This document shows, in pieces, positions 40,279-48,560 of a stretch of 48,743 nt of DNA; within the stretch, counting starts at the first letter, position 1; every line of letters begins with the position of its first letter. Under the pieces are notes generated by a model, which saw only the letters and a program-made list of their open reading frames with translations, was not told the DNA's origin and ran no database searches. Position numbers and translations under genes: made by a program. The DNA comes from Bacilli bacterium (GTDB lineage Bacteria; Bacillota_I; Bacilli_A; RF39; UBA660): contig JAZLAK010000018.1 in NCBI GenBank assembly GCA_045613165.1, forward strand, positions 1-48,743. The letters run 5' to 3'.

Positions 40279-40632
40279 CTACTCTATACAAACATTACTA
40301 TCAATTGATACTAAATCTAAAAGTAAATTAATTAATACTGGCAAAAAGAAAAGTATTATAGCGCATACCAATCTTTTCAAAAGTATCTGAAAAGCTTTTT
40401 TTAAACCTTTATCATCTTTAGCAGTTACTGCTTTAATAAAATCATAAGTACTTAAACCAATTATCAATAAAGGAACTATTATTTTTACAAAATCAAAAAC
40501 ATTTTGTAAATCTTGTTTAACATCTCCCCAACTATTGCAATCTAAAGTATCAGCAAAAACAATAGTTTTAAAACTATACATTACTAAAAATATAATCATA
40601 AATATATATATAAATTTCTTATTACTCTTCAT
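40279..40632 (-). CDS. VirB2/T4SS-pilin-like protein, paralogue 1
   Basis: Signal peptide (…TIVFA/D), then two TM helices flanking a K/D-rich loop. Shares the core IIVPLLIIGLSTYDFIKAV...LPVL with the ORFs at 40714 and 43086. Confidence 0.55.
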   Translation of the reverse strand: MKSNKKFIYIFMIIFLVMYSFKTIVFADTLDCNSWGDVKQDLQNVFDFVKIIVPLLIIGLSTYDFIKAVTAKDDKGLKKAFQILLKRLVCAIILFFLPVLINLLLDLVSIDSNVCIE

Positions 40633-40713
40633 AAAAATTCCTCTATCTAAAAATTAGTATTATACGTATAAAGTATAACATAAAAAAAAACAACAGTAAA
40701 GTTGTTTATTTTA

Positions 40714-41067
40714 TTAATTACATTGACTTGGATGTAAGAAACAAGTTTCACAAGTTTTGAAACTTTCAGCATCTGCTGAATAATCATTAACAAATGTACC
40801 AAAAATCCATAAAACTAAATTTGGAATTAAGAATATTACTATACCAGCAATAACTCTATAAATTAATCTCTTAGTTTGTTTCTTAATTTCATCTTCTTTT
40901 TCTGCTATAACTGCTTTACCAAAATCAAATATACCTAAAGCAATAATTAATAAAGGAATAGCAATTTTAAATACTAATAAAATATATCCTATAATTTGCA
41001 CTATATCTTTCATTTGTGTACAAAATGATGTAATATCAAATCCAGCAGCTAAACTAAATAAATTCAT
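40714..41067 (-). CDS. VirB2/T4SS-pilin-like protein, paralogue 2
   Basis: Core IAIPLLIIALGIFDFGKAV...FLIPNL and C-terminal KTCETCFLHPSQCN. Has its own promoter. Confidence 0.55.
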   Translation of the reverse strand: MNLFSLAAGFDITSFCTQMKDIVQIIGYILLVFKIAIPLLIIALGIFDFGKAVIAEKEDEIKKQTKRLIYRVIAGIVIFLIPNLVLWIFGTFVNDYSADAESFKTCETCFLHPSQCN

Positions 41068-41096
41068 ATCAATACCTCTTCTTTCTTTATAACAAT

Positions 41097-41125
41097 ATTT
41101 TAAAAAATATAACCTTTATTGTCAA
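41097..41125 (-). promoter_or_regulatory. internal promoter (TTGACA-17-TAAAAT) for pilin-like paralogue 2
   Basis: On the minus strand, TTGACA (41125-41120), a 17 nt spacer, and TAAAAT (41102-41097). An AGAAGAGG RBS follows. Confidence 0.5.
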
Positions 41126-41130
41126 CCTTT

Positions 41131-42165
41131 TTAAAATCTTTTGCCAAATAAACCACGTTTTTTAAAATTATCTCCACACTTAGTATATCCTAATTTAGTT
41201 AATAATTTATCAACGCTTATAACTCTATCTAAATTATCTCTAAAATTAGATACTACACTAAACACTTTAATTTTACTTTCAACTTCGAACTCAGCAACTT
41301 GATTATCATCCATATTAGTTCTATTAATAACAACCTTTTCTCCACTTAGTTCTTCAAATATTTTACCATTTCTTCTAATCAACTTTGTCATTTTAATAGT
41401 ACCAGGTTCAATTAAATATATGATATCAGAACAAAACGCTTTGCTATCTACTGCATTTAAATCAACAATAACAGCATCAGCATCTTGATGATCTTTTATT
41501 TTTTTCAACACTTCTTCTTTACTAGTACAAGAATATAAATTAGGAGTATCAAAGAAAATAAAATCTTGTTTATTCATCTCTATACCGATAGCTTTATACT
41601 TTATATTCAATTGTTTTACCATTTGTACAACTAAAGTAGTTGCACCAGCATGTTCAGTTAAATTTACAACACCAATAATCTTTTTATTACCATTATATTT
41701 ATCAGGTAAAACGAAATCTTGAAAAGTAAACTCTTTATCATAATTAATCCCTAATTCTTCATCTATTTCTTTATTTATTTCATAAGAACTTTTACTAATT
41801 TGTAAATTTGATACATCTTTAAACTCTTTAGGACTATTAAACATTTCAATAATTTCATTATAATTTATAGTAAAATTATAAACTCCTAAAGTAACTAAAT
41901 CACTTATAAAATTTTCATTATTACTAATATCATTTAAATATAATATAATTTTTTTACTATCTATACTCTCAAATAACTTCTTTAAATTATTATAATCATT
42001 ATAATCTTTAATAGCAGTTACATCTAATATCATTTTATTAAAGAAAAAATTAGTAAACATATCAATTAATTCTTCTACAGTATAAATACCATCTACACTT
42101 TTAATAACATCTATACTCAAACTATTAAGTTCATATCTTTTCTCATTACTAACTATAACATTCAT
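41131..42165 (-). CDS. two-domain protein: receiver-like N-domain plus ParA/MinD-fold domain with degenerate P-loop (TadZ/CpaE-like architecture)
   Basis: The N-terminal ~115 aa show an alternating beta/alpha pattern. KIIGVVNLTEHAGATTLVVQMV lacks the Walker lysine. DAVIVDL is Walker B-like. Confidence 0.35.
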   Translation of the reverse strand: MNVIVSNEKRYELNSLSIDVIKSVDGIYTVEELIDMFTNFFFNKMILDVTAIKDYNDYNNLKKLFESIDSKKIILYLNDISNNENFISDLVTLGVYNFTINYNEIIEMFNSPKEFKDVSNLQISKSSYEINKEIDEELGINYDKEFTFQDFVLPDKYNGNKKIIGVVNLTEHAGATTLVVQMVKQLNIKYKAIGIEMNKQDFIFFDTPNLYSCTSKEEVLKKIKDHQDADAVIVDLNAVDSKAFCSDIIYLIEPGTIKMTKLIRRNGKIFEELSGEKVVINRTNMDDNQVAEFEVESKIKVFSVVSNFRDNLDRVISVDKLLTKLGYTKCGDNFKKRGLFGKRF

Positions 42166-42179
42166 ACTTTAACCCACCT

Positions 42180-42656
42180 TTAACATGTTGAAGTATCATT
42201 TGGAAAATAAATTGATTCCGTTTCCCCTTTTATTCTAAAAGTTGTTAAATCACCAAACATAGGTAAATCTATTTTAAAAAACACTACAACTCTAAAAAAT
42301 TCTTTATCAATAACTGTAGTTGAAGCATCATTAGCATCTTTAGAAATACAATAGTAACCCTTATTACTACTACTCTTACTTCCATCCAAATTATATGCAA
42401 TATATTCGTACGGATTTTTATCATTTTTTTCCGGACAAGTCCCAGGAACTAAATAACCATCTGTTTTTAAATATTCCCCTATTTTCTTTCTAGCACAAGG
42501 ATTATTGCCTTCATATTTACTAATCAAATCAACAATATTATTCTTTACATCAAATGCTTTCGCATAATTTATTGAAACAGCTAAAAAAGAGGCAAAGAAC
42601 ACTATAAATGTTATTACCAACCCAAATAACCAAGTTCCTCCAATTGCCTCTCTCAT
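42180..42656 (-). CDS. TadE-like pseudopilin candidate / bitopic exported protein
   Basis: MREAIGG followed by a 22 aa hydrophobic segment, then a beta-rich domain with 4 Cys and an ending (FRVVVFFKIDLPMFGDL...) reminiscent of TadE-type proteins. Confidence 0.3.
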   Translation of the reverse strand: MREAIGGTWLFGLVITFIVFFASFLAVSINYAKAFDVKNNIVDLISKYEGNNPCARKKIGEYLKTDGYLVPGTCPEKNDKNPYEYIAYNLDGSKSSSNKGYYCISKDANDASTTVIDKEFFRVVVFFKIDLPMFGDLTTFRIKGETESIYFPNDTSTC

Positions 42657-42677
42657 ATTTCATTACCTCACTTTTAA

Positions 42678-42989
42678 TTATTTAGAAAAAATAATCATGC
42701 CAGTACCAGTTCCAGTACCAGTACCAGTTCCAGTTCCAGTTGAATTTGTTGTTTTATCATCACAATATACTGTACCAGTTGTTGAACATTCATCATTTTG
42801 ACAGTATTCACATTTAACTTTACCACTTGTACCATCTGGTTGACAGTTAAATGCTTGTGAACAACGTGTAGAAGCTGTAATTCCAGACTTTATAGAAGGC
42901 CAAATTAATGTAGTAAACAATACTCCTACTGCCGCAATAGCAACTACTGCTACGGCAGTCATACTTAATTCTCCACTTGCTTCTTTCAT
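42678..42989 (-). CDS. pilin-like protein with class-III-signal-like N-terminus, 6-Cys domain and (TG)7 tail
   Basis: MKEASGE followed by a 22 aa Ala/Val-rich hydrophobic helix. Has its own strong promoter and an AGGAAAGGA RBS. Confidence 0.4.
   Translation of the reverse strand: MKEASGELSMTAVAVVAIAAVGVLFTTLIWPSIKSGITASTRCSQAFNCQPDGTSGKVKCEYCQNDECSTTGTVYCDDKTTNSTGTGTGTGTGTGTGMIIFSK
42699..42740 (-). repeat. hexanucleotide tandem repeat (ACTGGN)x7 encoding (Thr-Gly)7
   Basis: Seven consecutive in-frame ACT-GGN units, read directly near the 3' end of the pilin-like gene. Confidence 0.9.
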
Positions 42990-43023
42990 ATATATATCAA
43001 ATCCTTTCCTATTTTATACTTAT

Positions 43024-43051
43024 ATTATATCAAAACTAATTCGTTATACAA
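43024..43051 (-). promoter_or_regulatory. internal promoter (TTGTAT-16-TATAAT with TGn extended -10)
   Basis: On the minus strand, TTGTAT (43051-43046), a 16 nt spacer ending in TGA, and TATAAT (43029-43024). Confidence 0.5.
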
Positions 43052-43085
43052 GTATTTAATTTTACTTTTACAAATTATTAACAAT

Positions 43086-43544
43086 CTAATTATCACTTAT
43101 ATTACAATTACCAGGTTTTAATAAACAATCAGCACAAGTTTTATATTGACCTGTTTCAATAATATTTAATTTATCACTCATACTAAATACTACAGCTACT
43201 ATATTTGGTACAAAGAAAACTATTAAACCAGCTAATATTCTTATACCCAATTGTTTAACTTGTTTACCTAAACTTTTTTCATCTTTATCTATTACAGACT
43301 TAGCTAAATCAAATGTTCCTAAACCAATTATGATTAAAGGAACAGCAACTCTAGCTATTAATAAAACATATCCAAATAATCTCATAACTGTTTTAATGGA
43401 ATTTTCATCACAAGGATTTTCAGCAACATATTCTACAGCTTGAGTAGTTGAAGGTGCAGCATTAACATTCATTGCACAAAACATAAAAAACGATAATATA
43501 AATAAACTAAATACAAATATTCTTTTCTTACTACTCATATTCAT
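43086..43544 (-). CDS. VirB2/T4SS-pilin-like protein, paralogue 3
   Basis: Start reset to MNMSSKKR (ATG at 43544 or 43538), which overlaps the upstream stop codon. Signal peptide (…NVNA/A), core VAVPLIIIGLGTFDLAKSV...FFVPNI, and C-terminal KTCADCLLKPGNCN. Confidence 0.55.
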   Translation of the reverse strand: MNMSSKKRIFVFSLFILSFFMFCAMNVNAAPSTTQAVEYVAENPCDENSIKTVMRLFGYVLLIARVAVPLIIIGLGTFDLAKSVIDKDEKSLGKQVKQLGIRILAGLIVFFVPNIVAVVFSMSDKLNIIETGQYKTCADCLLKPGNCNISDN

Positions 43545-44541
43545 ACTTATCCCCCATCTTACTTTGAATGAATTTTTTATAAATATAATATCCACCAGCT
43601 ATTAACGCTAATATTAAAATAATTATAAATATAATACTTAATGCATTAGATTTTTCTTTTAAGGATATATCAAGAACATAAACATTTTCAGTTCCATCTT
43701 CTGCAGTAACAGTTATAGTAACTCTACTACCATCAGTTAAATTTTCATTACCTGTAATAGTTACTACCGCTTTCTCATCCTCTACTTCATAATCTATTTC
43801 CAATTCACTAACTTGAGAATCCAATTTAATTGGATATTCATTGATTTTTGAATTGAATGGTATATTATATCCTTTAACACTTAAAGAACTTAATTTAGCA
43901 TTACTAGACATAATATAAACTTCTTTTGAAATATTAATTTTATATTCAGTAGAACTATTATCAGTACCAATTACTATTATACTAATTACACTACCATTTT
44001 CTATATTAGTATTATTCTTTATTTCTACTTTACTATTTTCATCTTCTGGTATAGCGGTAATATCTATTGAATTAATAGTAGAATCTACATTTACTGTATA
44101 TTCATAAATTTCTGGATTAAAAACTATATTCCCATTAGATAAAGTTAGTGATTTTAATTTTGTATTAACAATTACTGCTGTTGTTGTAGTTGTTGATGAT
44201 GTAGTTTTTGTTGTTTTTGTTTTAGTAGTTTTCTTTGTAGTAGTAAACTTAGCACCATTTGAGGTTCTAGAACAATCATAATCAAAAACAATATAACAAC
44301 TTCTAGTTTCTCCTATATTACAAACTTTATTAGTGAATTCTTTACATGTATCAGTTACTGTACTAGTATACGGAGATTTGTTCCCATTAGAACAACTATA
44401 TGTTTTAGGATTATCATACACCAATTCGTAATTAAAGTTATTTTTACATGTTGCAGTTACGCTATACTGACGTTGTTCAGCATTAATAATACTTGGAAAA
44501 ATTAACATTCCTATAACAAATAACAATAAATTTTTCTTCAT
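43531..44541 (-). CDS. TM-anchored surface protein: 6-Cys N-domain, T/K linker, two cadherin-like beta-sandwich repeats
   Basis: Signal peptide. Repeats of the type LKSLTLSNGNIVFNPEIYEYTVNV... and LSSLSVKGYNIPFNSKINEYPIKL.... C-terminal TM helix plus a charged tail. No LPXTG. Confidence 0.6.
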   Translation of the reverse strand: MKKNLLLFVIGMLIFPSIINAEQRQYSVTATCKNNFNYELVYDNPKTYSCSNGNKSPYTSTVTDTCKEFTNKVCNIGETRSCYIVFDYDCSRTSNGAKFTTTKKTTKTKTTKTTSSTTTTTAVIVNTKLKSLTLSNGNIVFNPEIYEYTVNVDSTINSIDITAIPEDENSKVEIKNNTNIENGSVISIIVIGTDNSSTEYKINISKEVYIMSSNAKLSSLSVKGYNIPFNSKINEYPIKLDSQVSELEIDYEVEDEKAVVTITGNENLTDGSRVTITVTAEDGTENVYVLDISLKEKSNALSIIFIIILILALIAGGYYIYKKFIQSKMGDKYEYE

Positions 44542-44554
44542 ATTTTCAACTCCT

Positions 44555-44583
44555 AAAAAAAGAAGATAATATGATTACCTTCT
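44555..44583 (-). terminator. internal rho-independent terminator
   Basis: On the minus strand, a 10 bp stem agaaggtaat / attatcttct (one G-U pair) followed by T7. Overlaps a possible TTGAAA-18-TATTAT promoter. Confidence 0.55.
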
Positions 44584-44637
44584 CTAACTTTTCAATCATA
44601 TTCTATATAAATATGATAAACTATTTTATTAATAAAA

Positions 44638-45234
44638 TCAAATATTTTTAAATAAATTGAATTTTTTTGTTAATAACATAAAACTATATGATATTATTGC
44701 TACTATTCCCAATACTATAAAATATGTATTTACTCCTAGTTCCTCTTGTTCTCCTGGATCAGCACTATTATAATTATTTCCTACATTTGTATTGTTACTT
44801 ACTTGATTTTCTAATTGTACCGAACCATTTCCATTGTCACTTGTACATGTTATATAATATTCTTCTGAAAAATATCCTGTTCCGTTTATTTTTGTTCCTT
44901 CTTCTACATAAGGAGAATTACCTGTACTACCTAATGTATAATTTATATACTTTTCTCCATTAGAACATTTTACACTTCTACTTAATACTTTTTCTAAATT
45001 TAATGAATTTACATAACTTATACTACATGTTGTTCCATTACAAACTGCTTTACCATATACTGTTACCCAATCATTTCCATTTACATTTGTTGTTGTTATC
45101 CCATTAGTATAATTAGATTGTAATGTTGAATAATTATCATCACCCGGATCAGCATTAGTTGCTGCAGCATTTACATTTAATCTTACAGCAACTAAACTAA
45201 TCATTATTATATTTAGTATTAATATCTTCTTCAT
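44638..45234 (-). CDS. TM-anchored surface protein, 4 Cys, unknown function
   Basis: Signal peptide (…NVNA/A), an N/G/T-rich ectodomain, and a C-terminal TM helix. The CSNG motif is shared with the 336 aa protein. Confidence 0.5.
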   Translation of the reverse strand: MKKILILNIIMISLVAVRLNVNAAATNADPGDDNYSTLQSNYTNGITTTNVNGNDWVTVYGKAVCNGTTCSISYVNSLNLEKVLSRSVKCSNGEKYINYTLGSTGNSPYVEEGTKINGTGYFSEEYYITCTSDNGNGSVQLENQVSNNTNVGNNYNSADPGEQEELGVNTYFIVLGIVAIISYSFMLLTKKFNLFKNI

Positions 45235-45246
45235 CTTTACCTCTCC

Positions 45247-48200
45247 TTATTCTTCAAAATACTCTCTATTAGCTTTCGATTTTTTCTTTACTATTATTAT
45301 GCCACTACTTACTAATATTATTACAACTCCAGCCACTATTGAAGCTATTTCTATTGTTTTATTGAAAGCATCTTTCTTTATGTCTATTGAATAAGTCTCA
45401 TATTCTCCATTTTCAGCAACAACTTTTACTCTAACTGTACTGAATCCAGTTAACTCATCATTACCTCTTATGAATACTTCTGCTCTATTATTATTTGGTA
45501 CAGCAGTTATTACTAAACTCTTTTCTTGTTTTATCTTAACTGTATATTCTTTTTTATTTGGATCAAAATCTATAGCTTTCTCATAATTTAATACTCTTAA
45601 ATCTTTTAATGTAGTATCATTTGAAACTTCTAATCCAAACTCTTTTCTTATTATCGTTAATCTATAATAACTTTCTTCATTTTCCTTATCGATTACTCTT
45701 ATTTCTATAAAGTTTTCTCCAACATCTAAACCTATACCCTTATTAGATACAACTTTATATTCAGTATCACTCTTTTTCTTAATACTTATACTAGCAATAC
45801 TATCTTCATCTTTTAATACACTATTTATATCTATTGTATCAGTTTCATAACCAACACTTAAACTATAATTTGCTATATCTTCTTCGAAAGGCATATATAC
45901 TCCAGGAATTACTAAATCTTCTATTTGTAAAGATTCTTTTGTTATTGTATCAGTACCTTCTTTTACAAAAGTTAATACATAAGTTCTTGTACTTCCTGTT
46001 TCACTTTTAACTTTTATTAATTTAACTGTTGTATCTCCATTAATATCAATTATATCAGGTTCATAACCACTAACATAACTAGCTTTATTACTTGCTATAG
46101 TTGCTTGAACATCCACACTAGTAGTTGATTTAGGAACTTCAATTTTATAATCAGTTACATTAGCATTAAAGTTAATATCGCCAACATTTAATATTATATC
46201 ACTTAAAGTATTATCACTTGTTCTACTATCAGTTCTAGTTACTAATATTGTATATGTTCTAGTAATGCCTTCTTTATTTTGAATCTTAATTAATACAGTA
46301 TTTATACCATAATTCAAATTAACTGTTCTTGGTTCAAAACCATCAACATATTTAGAATCTGTACTTGTTAATGTTGCATAAACACTAACAGTTGGTGAAT
46401 CTACTTCTAATTTATATTCCATATCATATGGGTTAAATGCATCTGCAACGACTTTACTATCTTTGCTTAAATCATTTGATAATCTAACATAATTATTGTT
46501 TTTAACATCAGCAACTTTATATGCTGTACCTGAACTTACAGGATTTTGAACATTACCATTTGCATCATATAATTGTAATTTATTAATTGTTGTATTCGTA
46601 TTAGTAGTATCTATTACAGCGCCACTAACCGCATTACTTATATTACCTTTGCTATCTCTTACCCAAATATATTTAACACCCGGACTTGATTCTATTGTAA
46701 ATGAATTACCATTAATTGGTACCCAAGTATTACTATCAGTTGGAGTTAAATAATAATCACTAGTAAAATATGAATCAATAACTCCTTCTTTAGCAGTAGC
46801 AGTTACTCTAATTGTTCCATAACCATTACTTTGTACTATTCCACTTGTTACGGATAATGTTGGTTTAGCACTATTTCCTTTTGTACAACTAACTCTATAA
46901 GTTCTTGTACATATTCCTTTAGAATTACAACTTTCTTTACTTTCAGCAGATACAGCTGTTCTGTCAAAATAATATCCGTTCTTAGTATCACATTTATAAT
47001 ATTCTTCTAAAAGTTCTTTAACTTCAGCATTAGTAGCATCTTTATCATAACAAATTGTATAAGAACTAGCCTTTCTCATACTCTTCATAGAAGTGTTAGA
47101 ACATTTATTATCTTCCAACTTATCACAAGCTTTTTTAGCATCACTTTGATTATCATCTAAATAATCTTTATCAATAGTACCATTTTCACTTATTTCACCA
47201 CTGGATTTCTTGATTTTAGTATAATTACAAGCATCACTAGTACAAGTTGTTATATATAATTGGTCTCCACAAGAATAATTTTGACCATTTAATTTTACAT
47301 ATCTATATCCTACATCTTCTGGAGTAGCAGTAGCAGTATTATCCGCACTACACGCTGCACCTTCATAAGTGCTAGCTAATTTCATTCTATAAATTTTTCT
47401 ATATTTTCCAGTAGAATTTTCATAATAATAACAATAATCTGTTCCACTTTCTTTTGTACAATACTCTATCCAAATTTGTTGTCCACATGTAAAATCTACA
47501 GAACCACCATCAGCAACATAATCTTTTTGTAAATATCTATATCCTCCGATATCTTCTCTATAACATGCATAAAAATCTGTATTAGCACTAACAGTAAATG
47601 AACTATCTTTAACGATTACATTACTATTACAATTTGGAGCACCATTTGAAACAGTTTTAGTCCATCCAATTAATTGACCTTGTCCATCTCTATACATACT
47701 TGAAGAACTAGCTGGAAAATTAACTTTAGTACCACCAGCAATTCCAGTTTTTTGACAAACTCCAGCAGTTGGAACTGAAAAACCAGCATCACAAGCTAAA
47801 CCATATCCATAATTTTGATCAAATAAAACTTTATAAGTTATTACCGTAGGAGAAGAACCTCCAGAAGAACCTCCAGATGTTCCACCACTTGAGCCTCCAA
47901 AAACACTACAACTTCCACTAGTAATATTACAACATCCATTATTGTTATTCCATAAATGACATTTACCTGAAACTACTTTAGCATTACAACTAGATTTTGT
48001 CCAAGTACCATAATTAGATTGTCCACAAGTATTTCCATTTTTCTTACTTGAAGTATTACAACATTTATTTGTTGAATCATAAGTATATCCTCTACCTGTA
48101 CATTCACTTATACTTCCCCAAGCTTTATTTGTTGTGCCGCATGTACTAAAACTTGTTGTTACTTTTCTTGTTGTAGTCGTATTAGAAGAACTTAACCCAG

Positions 48201-48525
48201 CATAACACGCGCCTTGTCTCCATATACATCCACTACTTGTACACTTACTATGATCTTTTATACTTCTACAATAACTTGTTGTTATCTTTCTTGTAGTTGT
48301 TGTAGTTTTCTTAGTAGTTTTCTTACTTGTTATCTTTGTACCATTATAACAAGCATTTTGTCTCCATATACAATTATAACCACCTGCTGTCTTACCTTGA
48401 CAATTAGTTTTTGATTTTATTGAAGTACATGTTGCAGCTTCTACAAACATTCCCATAATGAAAAAAAACAACATTCCCACAAATAACTTACTTAATTTTC
48501 GTTCATTAAAAGTTTTACTACTCAT
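45247..48525 (-). CDS. large cysteine-rich TM-anchored surface protein/adhesin with 4-5 C-terminal cadherin-like repeats
   Basis: Start reset to MSSKTF (GAGAGG SD upstream). Signal peptide, duplicated C-x-SIK...CIWRQxACY modules, a GGS linker, a Listeria-Bacteroides-repeat-like segment, repeated YRY...C modules, repeats of the type TLSDIILNVGDINFNANVTDYKIEV..., and a C-terminal TM helix. Confidence 0.65.
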   Translation of the reverse strand: MSSKTFNERKLSKLFVGMLFFFIMGMFVEAATCTSIKSKTNCQGKTAGGYNCIWRQNACYNGTKITSKKTTKKTTTTTRKITTSYCRSIKDHSKCTSSGCIWRQGACYAGLSSSNTTTTRKVTTSFSTCGTTNKAWGSISECTGRGYTYDSTNKCCNTSSKKNGNTCGQSNYGTWTKSSCNAKVVSGKCHLWNNNNGCCNITSGSCSVFGGSSGGTSGGSSGGSSPTVITYKVLFDQNYGYGLACDAGFSVPTAGVCQKTGIAGGTKVNFPASSSSMYRDGQGQLIGWTKTVSNGAPNCNSNVIVKDSSFTVSANTDFYACYREDIGGYRYLQKDYVADGGSVDFTCGQQIWIEYCTKESGTDYCYYYENSTGKYRKIYRMKLASTYEGAACSADNTATATPEDVGYRYVKLNGQNYSCGDQLYITTCTSDACNYTKIKKSSGEISENGTIDKDYLDDNQSDAKKACDKLEDNKCSNTSMKSMRKASSYTICYDKDATNAEVKELLEEYYKCDTKNGYYFDRTAVSAESKESCNSKGICTRTYRVSCTKGNSAKPTLSVTSGIVQSNGYGTIRVTATAKEGVIDSYFTSDYYLTPTDSNTWVPINGNSFTIESSPGVKYIWVRDSKGNISNAVSGAVIDTTNTNTTINKLQLYDANGNVQNPVSSGTAYKVADVKNNNYVRLSNDLSKDSKVVADAFNPYDMEYKLEVDSPTVSVYATLTSTDSKYVDGFEPRTVNLNYGINTVLIKIQNKEGITRTYTILVTRTDSRTSDNTLSDIILNVGDINFNANVTDYKIEVPKSTTSVDVQATIASNKASYVSGYEPDIIDINGDTTVKLIKVKSETGSTRTYVLTFVKEGTDTITKESLQIEDLVIPGVYMPFEEDIANYSLSVGYETDTIDINSVLKDEDSIASISIKKKSDTEYKVVSNKGIGLDVGENFIEIRVIDKENEESYYRLTIIRKEFGLEVSNDTTLKDLRVLNYEKAIDFDPNKKEYTVKIKQEKSLVITAVPNNNRAEVFIRGNDELTGFSTVRVKVVAENGEYETYSIDIKKDAFNKTIEIASIVAGVVIILVSSGIIIVKKKSKANREYFEE

Positions 48526-48560
48526 ATTAAAACCTCTCACTTTCTATTTTATACATCTTA

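Noticed and set aside
42699-42740. Short tandem repeat considered as a CRISPR or other repeat array
   Set aside because: It consists of 6 nt units with no spacers, in frame within a CDS. It is a coding microsatellite.
43545-43595. 17-codon N-terminal extension of the third pilin-like ORF (MDIIFIKNSFKVRWGIS)
   Set aside because: It lies inside the upstream gene. The ATG at 43544 or 43538 gives a normal basic n-region plus signal peptide and an ATGA-type coupling overlap.
44724-44963. 79 aa plus-strand ORF, plus 48214-48414
   Set aside because: Antisense within the surface-protein genes.
43531-48525. Sortase-anchored (LPXTG) surface proteins
   Set aside because: No LPXTG-like motif precedes the C-terminal hydrophobic segments. 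Each protein ends in a TM helix plus a mixed charged tail, so plain TM anchoring is more likely.
48526-48540. GTG-initiated 5-codon extension of the large adhesin (MRGFN)
   Set aside because: The GTG lies within the GAGAGG SD that serves the ATG at 48525.
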